DNA of 37,174 nucleotides from Ignavibacteriota bacterium. Lineage in GTDB: Bacteria; Bacteroidota; Ignavibacteria; UBA10030; CAVZMI01. Both the position numbers and the translations under genes were made by a program. The DNA is taken from the NCBI GenBank assembly GCA_963776275.1, contig CAVZMI010000033.1, positions 1 through 37,174 of the forward strand, read 5' to 3'. How positions within the stretch are numbered: the stretch's first letter is position 1; each line of letters starts with the position of its first letter. Below, in pieces: positions 31,528 to 37,174 of the stretch. Below the pieces are notes generated by a model. That model was not told the origin of the DNA, did no database searches, and saw nothing but the letters and a program-made list of their open reading frames with translations.

Positions 31528-32505
31528 TTAACGGCGCTGTCGTGAACTGAGAATGCCGAGGCGTTTCAGTTTATAGCGAAGCGTTTGTTCGGTCATTCCG
31601 AGAAATTGTGCGGCGCGCGATTGGTTGAAGCCGAAGCGTTCGAGCGATCGTTCAATGATACCTTTCTCAATGACATCGAGCGAATAGTCCAGGACAAATT
31701 CCTGTCCGCTGTTGATATTATTGAGCATCTTGACCACTTCGGTTTTCTCGTCGACGAGTTCGGGTGGAAGCGTAAAGCGGCCTCCGCTTGAGAACAGAAC
31801 GCACTTATCGACGACAGCTTTCAGCTCTCGGATATTCTCACGCCACGGCTGGCGTACGAGGACTTCGATTGAATTGACGTCGACCGCTATATCCGGCAAT
31901 CCTAGCTCTTCGACCAATTCGTTTGTGAAATGTTTAACGAGCGACGGAATATCGTCCTGACGCTCACGAAGCGGCGGAATATACACTTTTTCGAAATCGA
32001 TTAGTTTATCGCGAAGATCTTCCAGTAATTTTCTTTTTTTCGCAAGTTCTTCCGCATCTTCCTTCATTGTAATAATCAGGCGAATATCGATCGGCATATT
32101 TTTAGCGCCGCCGATTCGCTTCGTTTTCCGCTCATTGATGAAATTCAGGATCTTCATCTGGTTGCGGAGACTGGCTTCTTCGATTTCTTCGATAAGTATG
32201 GTGCCACCATGAGCAATTTCAAATGCCCCGCGTTTGGTTGTGTACGGAAGTCCTTCCACGCCGCGGTCATAGCCGAATAAAAGAGCTTCCAGTTCTTTAT
32301 CATCAATCACAGAAAGATTAAGTGAAAGAAATGGGACCTCCTTTTCGTCGGCTTTACTCAGCGAAAAAATATTCTTGGCGACGGCACCTTTGCCGATACC
32401 TGCTTCACCGACAATCAGAACGTCTTTTCTTATTCTTGCAAGCCTGTGAATGGTTTTCATTAGCTGTTCTGTTGTCTTACTTTTACCGATCATTGCGTAT
32501 TCCAT
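31528..32505 (-). CDS. Stand-alone NtrC-family AAA+ / Fis-HTH regulator with no input domain and degenerate sigma54 motifs
   Basis: GEAGIGKG, GGTILIEEI, PPLRERQDDIP, WRENIRELK, HTH NQSRAAQFLGMTEQTLRYKL. Confidence 0.88.
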   Translation of the reverse strand: MEYAMIGKSKTTEQLMKTIHRLARIRKDVLIVGEAGIGKGAVAKNIFSLSKADEKEVPFLSLNLSVIDDKELEALLFGYDRGVEGLPYTTKRGAFEIAHGGTILIEEIEEASLRNQMKILNFINERKTKRIGGAKNMPIDIRLIITMKEDAEELAKKRKLLEDLRDKLIDFEKVYIPPLRERQDDIPSLVKHFTNELVEELGLPDIAVDVNSIEVLVRQPWRENIRELKAVVDKCVLFSSGGRFTLPPELVDEKTEVVKMLNNINSGQEFVLDYSLDVIEKGIIERSLERFGFNQSRAAQFLGMTEQTLRYKLKRLGILSSRQRR

Positions 32506-32588
32506 AATTCATTGCCTTTCCACTATGATTTTTATTTATTTAATTTTATTTTTTCGGCGGTGTCACACCAAAAAGCCGATGGATCATT

Positions 32589-33719
32589 TTACTTTTTATT
32601 GTCTTTCCCGCGAAGTGCAAGTAACCTTCCCTTAAGCGCTTTCGGATTAAAATAATGACGTATAAGAAGATCATCAAAAACATCGCGCCAACGAGTAGTA
32701 CGTTGAGCGTCACAAACCAGTTCTTGCTCATAATCCTTCCCTGTGGGAGAAATGATAAACCGCAAACGCAGGCTGAAGAAGAGACCGAGCAAGACAAGAA
32801 TACCGGTCGAGATATATAATCCAGCCTGGAAGAGTTCCTGCCATGCTTCCGTCTCCAGGGTTTTAATATACGCCCATGTATGGAGAATCTCAAGCGCACA
32901 ATAAATTAAAAAGAGAAGCATGATTTTTTCGATGTACGCTCCCAGAGGAGGATCTTTCTTGTATTGATATCCAAAGAACAGCAGTATAAAAAAAATCGAC
33001 AGGACGTTCATATAGATAGTATTATAGTACACCGGACGTAATAACAGTAACACATAGTTCTGATTTTCTATATAGGGGAAAAGCTCCCGTACCCTGTCGA
33101 GTTTAGCCTGATCATAAAGTCGACCTACGGCGACACCGTTGTTCCATATTTGTAGCTCGATCCGCGAGGCGATTTCTTCCGGAGTCGCCGACCGGGATTT
33201 CTCTTTGAAAATCTCATTCGAGGCTTGACGAACGACTTTCCAATCCAAATAATCCTGAGTCCTTGAGAGAGATTTCACATCAGAAAAATACGGCGAATAA
33301 TAATAAGCGAAGATACCTCCAACAATAAGAATTGTGATCAGATATTTTGCGACTATTGAAAAATCGCGAAAAAGAGTGTCGCATGTAATATATACTACTG
33401 CAAAAGCTAGTAAACCAACAGTGACACCGCGGCATATATAAATATAAAAATTATAACGAAATTCAGCCGACCCAAAATAACCGCCGATAAAATGGAATAT
33501 GCTTAGCAGAAAAAAGAAGGCAAAATTTATGAAAATAAATTTTCCTCTTTTCGTCGGTTCTTTACCAACGAGGAAAAAAAGAACTATCGTAATGAATGAC
33601 TGGATTCCAAAATTTAATGAAGCAGCTAAGGAAATCGGAGTAACAACAAAGTATGTACTAACTGCCTGAGCAAAAAGCAACACTAACCATAAGATCGCAA
33701 TCTTTTTTGGCAATGACAT
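32589..33719 (-). CDS. Uncharacterised ~8-TM membrane protein with a large soluble loop and C-terminal tail
   Basis: Five N-terminal TMs, ~80-aa hydrophilic loop, three TMs, ~55-aa tail (RWRD); RBS GAGGA. Confidence 0.8.
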   Translation of the reverse strand: MSLPKKIAILWLVLLFAQAVSTYFVVTPISLAASLNFGIQSFITIVLFFLVGKEPTKRGKFIFINFAFFFLLSIFHFIGGYFGSAEFRYNFYIYICRGVTVGLLAFAVVYITCDTLFRDFSIVAKYLITILIVGGIFAYYYSPYFSDVKSLSRTQDYLDWKVVRQASNEIFKEKSRSATPEEIASRIELQIWNNGVAVGRLYDQAKLDRVRELFPYIENQNYVLLLLRPVYYNTIYMNVLSIFFILLFFGYQYKKDPPLGAYIEKIMLLFLIYCALEILHTWAYIKTLETEAWQELFQAGLYISTGILVLLGLFFSLRLRFIISPTGKDYEQELVCDAQRTTRWRDVFDDLLIRHYFNPKALKGRLLALRGKDNKK

Positions 33720-33750
33720 ATCATTTCCTCTTCATCGAGTCAGGAATTAA

Positions 33751-33779
33751 AATATACTATTACTTTCAAATTGAGTCAA
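33751..33779 (-). promoter_or_regulatory. sigma70-like promoter of the membrane protein/regulator pair
   Basis: TTGACT-N17-TATATT. Confidence 0.65.
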
Positions 33780-33852
33780 GTAAAAAATTACGTATTTAAA
33801 AATCAATGATTCGTATGATATTATGCACAATTCAAAAAAAATGCGATTTAAC

Positions 33853-33881
33853 TTGACAAATAAGAATATTTTTGTGATATT
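33853..33881 (+). promoter_or_regulatory. Divergent sigma70-like promoter
   Basis: TTGACA-N17-GATATT with TG just upstream of the -10. Confidence 0.6.
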
Positions 33882-34020
33882 TCGTATGTTATTAAAAATA
33901 TTTTACATAACTTATGAGAAACAATTAAACTAACTTCAATGAAAAGCTACTCTTAATCATGATAATCAATGCTTTTCATGTTTCTCATCCACAACCAACA
34001 TTAACTAAAGGGGAAAAATC

Positions 34021-34110
34021 ATGGGAACTAACGACAAACGCCGTACAATCAAACGGGTCTCATCGATTCTATTGCACTCGCACTTACATTCGCCACAAAC
34101 GCCGCAATAA
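34021..34110 (+). CDS. Small ORF or 5' end of a secreted precursor (probable -1 G error near 34074), cut by the junction
   Basis: AAAGGGG RBS; reads MGTNDKRRTIKRVSSILLHSHLHSPQTPQ*; with one G restored it reads ...SSILLALALTFATNAAINV, a signal peptide. Confidence 0.5.
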   Translation: MGTNDKRRTIKRVSSILLHSHLHSPQTPQ

Positions 34111-34114
34111 ATGT

Positions 34115-35028
34115 CCTCCCAGGCCACGTGCGACAGGCAGTCGTATTTGTCGCCGACGTGGTCCCGGTTAATCCACATGACGTGCGGCATCGGCGAGGCA
34201 GCAGCCCGTGCTCGATGCCGTAGCGGCTCATGATGGGCCATGCCGTCAACGGCACCAGCCGACCGCGTTGGCGAGGGCCATGCCCGCCATGAGGCTGGCG
34301 TAGGCGCACTGCTCGCGGGCCTGGATGTTCTTCCCGTCGTCGTAGGCCGCTTCGACCAGCGGATCAGCCACGCCGCCGCGTCGAACGCCAGGCCATCGGT
34401 CAGCGGCGTCGCGTTCACCGAGGTGAACGCCTCGATGAGCTTGACAACCGTAGTCCCAGCGGCCGCGGTGACCCTCGCCGGGCAGGACGCCGTGAGGTTG
34501 GGATCGACCAGAGCGAGCGTGGGCATCATCAACTCCGCCAGCGGATGCTCTTCTTCGTGCCGGCCACGCGGTGGCTGAGGACGGCGTTCTTCGTAGCCTT
34601 CCGCCCCCGTGCCGGCCGTGGTCGGGGCCCTCAATCAGCGGCAGGCCGGGCTGGGTGACCTCCGCACCATCGTGGTCCGCCGTCGTGGGGTTCGGCTCGC
34701 GGGCGAGTCCGGCGACGGCCTTGGCCGCGTCCATCGCGCTGCCGCCTCCCATGCCAATCACCACGTCGCACTTCATCTCCTTGCAGAAGAAGTCCGCCCG
34801 CGGCGTCCACGGTCTCCACGTCCGGGTCGTGCTCGACCTCCTCATACGTGGCCACCTCTGGCCCCAGGCCTCGTCGAGGAGGGTAAGCACCTCGTCGAGC
34901 GTCCGCTTCGCCGCATGGCCTTCCAGCATCACCCGCAGGACATTCCCGCCGAAGGCTGCCGCCTTCTCCCAGACATCAATCGAGCCCACGCCCGTGATGA
35001 TCTCGCGGGCGGTCGTGAATGAGTCCAT
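34115..35028 (-). CDS. Iron-containing alcohol dehydrogenase, multiply frameshifted and 3'-truncated
   Basis: RBS AAGGAG, MDSFTTAREIITGVG, GGGSAMDAAKA, PTTAGTGAE, ASLMAGMALAN spread over different frames. Confidence 0.85.
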
Positions 35029-35135
35029 GGCTCGCTCCTTCGTCGGACGACTTGTAGGGTCATTCATCATGCCGTTAACCAGCGCAGAGTCAAACGAGTA
35101 TGTTCGCTGTTCTTGGGGTTCCGTGTGTCCAGCTT

Positions 35136-35237
35136 CTGCCGTGCTCGTGCTCCTGCTCGTGCTCGTGCTCGCCTCTTCCCGGCGCGGGGGAAGCAGAAGA
35201 CCGAGCACGAGCAGGAGCACGAGCACGAGCATGGCAG
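35136..35237. repeat. Long hairpin built from GTGCTC/GAGCAC hexamer arrays
   Basis: CTGCC(GTGCTC-like)x5 faces (GAGCAC-like)x5 GGCAG; 36-bp arms with 3 mismatches. Confidence 0.85.
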
Positions 35238-35293
35238 ACCAGGCAATCAGGAAACCCCACGGTACAGAGGCCGTAGCCGGGCCAAACTTTCCC

Positions 35294-35321
35294 TTGCAAA
35301 TCCGGCCAGGGTCATTATAAT
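35294..35321 (+). promoter_or_regulatory. sigma70-like promoter
   Basis: TTGCAA-N16-TATAAT standing out in high-GC DNA. Confidence 0.5.
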
Positions 35322-35388
35322 TATGGTTTCGCACGGTGCCTGCATCTCGCTTCCACAGTGGGTGCACGAACCAAGGGGCATAGCCATC

Positions 35389-36800
35389 ATGGCCGACACT
35401 TCCTCGCCGACCGCCGACGTTCAGCAGCTTCTCGTCGGGTCCAATCGTTAATCGACTCTTCCTGCTGGTCCACAAGGCAAGCCCAATCGCCGGACCGCAC
35501 CACCAGCCCTGACCGCCTGGTGATCGAGTTGATGGAGAACCCGACGATCGACGGAAAGGCCATCGATCACGACGAGGCCGACGCTCATCATCGGCGTCGG
35601 TCTCTGGGCACTCGGGCGCCTCGAGGAGGCGATCGCCAGCCTCGCCACTCGTCCTCGCCCGAGGCCGATTCGTTCCAGGCCCAGTGCTACCTCGAGACCG
35701 GGTTCTACAAGAAGGCGGCCGAGGTCTTCGACCAGACCAGCGCGGCAAGGCCGCGACCAAGCGGGTCGCCGCCATCGGCCACGCCGAGGCCCTCCTCAAG
35801 GCAGGCCACACGGACGCGGCCACCAACGAGCTGCACACCCTCGCCAAGTCGGACACCGACAACGCCAACCTCCATTACCTCCTCGGCTTGGCCTACGACA
35901 ACGCGGGCCGCTACAAGCAAGGCGACGCCCCGAGTACGAAAAGGCCCTGGCCATCGAGCCGCACCACGACGCCGCTTCGTTCCGCCTGGGCATCAACGCC
36001 GCTGTCCGCGGCGATGAAGACCCGCCGGCTGGAACACTACAAAGAGGCCGTCACCGCCGGCCCGGCCACCTACACCAACGCCGCTCATCAACCTCGGCGT
36101 CCTCCTCGAGGACCGCCGCGAATACCAAGGGCGATCGAGTGCTTCCCGCGTGCTGCGGGCCAACCCGACCCATTCCCCCGACGCCGCCCATGTTCCTCAA
36201 GGACGCCCACTCCTCCCTCGACATGGTCTACGACGAGGAGCACCGAGCACGAGATGAACATCACCCACAGCAGCTCATGTCCGTGCCCGTCTCCGACTTC
36301 AAGCTTTCGGTCCGCGTCCGCAACTGCCTCCACCGCATGAACATCCACACCTGGGCGACCTCGTCGCACACGGAAGAGGAACTGCTGGCCTCGAAGAACT
36401 CGGCGAGACCTCGCTCGCCGAGATCAAGGAGATGCTCGCACTCCGCAACCTGCGTCTCGGCATCGACCGCGAAGAGCCTGCCGCGCCACCCGCTACGGGC
36501 AAGGAAGCCGCCCCGACGAAGCCGTCACCGCCGACGAGGCGGCCCTCACCACGCCCATCGCCCAACTCGACCTGTCGCTCCGCAGCCGCAAGTGCATGGA
36601 GCACCTGGGCATCGTCACCCTCGGCCAACTCGTCGCCCACACGCCCGAGGAGTTGCTCGCGAGCCGCAACTTCGGCCGCACGTCGCTGACGGAAGTCGCC
36701 GAGAAGCTCGCCCGCCACGGCCTCCAACTCAAGGAAAGCCCCCTCCCGCCCGGCGACGAGGAATTGGACGAAGACGGCGACGAAGAGGGCACCACGAACG
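35389..36800 (+). CDS. TPR protein with two RNA polymerase alpha-CTD-like domains, frameshifted; end approximate
   Basis: TPR segments (LHYLLGLAYDNAGRY); PVSDFKLSVRVRNCL...EELLASKN; LSLRSRKCMEHLGIVTLGQL...ELLASRNFGRTSLTEV. Confidence 0.8.
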
Positions 36801-37174
36801 CCAATCCCCAATCGACCCATCCTCGTCCACGTCTGCTGTGCTCCCTGTCTCGCCACACTCCTGGACTGGCTCCGCGAGCGTCGGGCGGCCTTCGCCGCCT
36901 GCTCCACAACCCTAACATTCACCCGCTAATCGAGTTCCGCCGCCGCTCAAGGCCTGCCACATCCTCGCGGAGCAGCAGGCCGTCGAGCTAGTGGCCGACG
37001 AGGAGTCCACCTCGAGGCCGCTTCCTCGACGCTCTCTCGTCGCGAAGGTCCCGCGATGGAACACGGCCGCCCGAGCGATGCCATCGCTGCTACGCACCTA
37101 CAGGCTCGACGCCACGGCCCACCGCACCGCCAACTCGACTTTCCCCTCTTTCACCTGGACCCTGCTCGCCAGTC
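36800..37174 (+). CDS. queH: Epoxyqueuosine reductase QueH (DUF208), frameshifted, runs off the window
   Basis: Manual reading: ILVHVCCAPC (~36822), NPNIHPLIEFRRR (~36908), CHRCY (~37079). Confidence 0.75.

Noticed and set aside
34005-34120. CxxCxxCxC metal-binding motif (YCGVCGECKCEC) on the minus strand
   Set aside because: It is the antisense reading of the Ala/Leu/Thr-rich signal-peptide codons, reached only by ADH read-through across the junction
34246-35868. 540-aa ORF as a novel fusion protein
   Set aside because: Open by chance in high-GC DNA; it joins TPR antisense, the hexamer repeat and ADH fragments

Overview
Positions 1 to about 34,110 are moderate-GC chromosomal DNA, probably from an FCB-group (Ignavibacteria/Bacteroidota-like) bacterium. 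That call is inferred from an Hc1 histone-like gene and a T9SS C-terminal sorting-domain remnant. This part carries housekeeping genes (murB, ychF, argCJBRG with tandem ARG boxes, a pabB-pabC fusion, an acyl-CoA synthetase, carA, DUF47-PiT). It also carries an M49 peptidase/FKBP/lipoprotein cluster and an ECF sigma/anti-sigma operon encoding an RND pump and a MacAB-type ABC pump around one TolC. The best candidate for an undescribed system is at 31.5-34.1 kb: a kinase-less ~8-TM membrane protein is paired with a sensor-less, degenerate NtrC-type AAA+/Fis-HTH regulator, divergent from a promoter, a structured leader and a probable secreted precursor gene. At about 34,115 the DNA switches abruptly to high-GC, heavily frameshifted sequence (iron ADH, TPR plus two RNAP-alpha-CTD protein, queH), most likely a chimeric join to another organism. 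Scattered indels suggest long-read errors, so all pseudogene calls are tentative.
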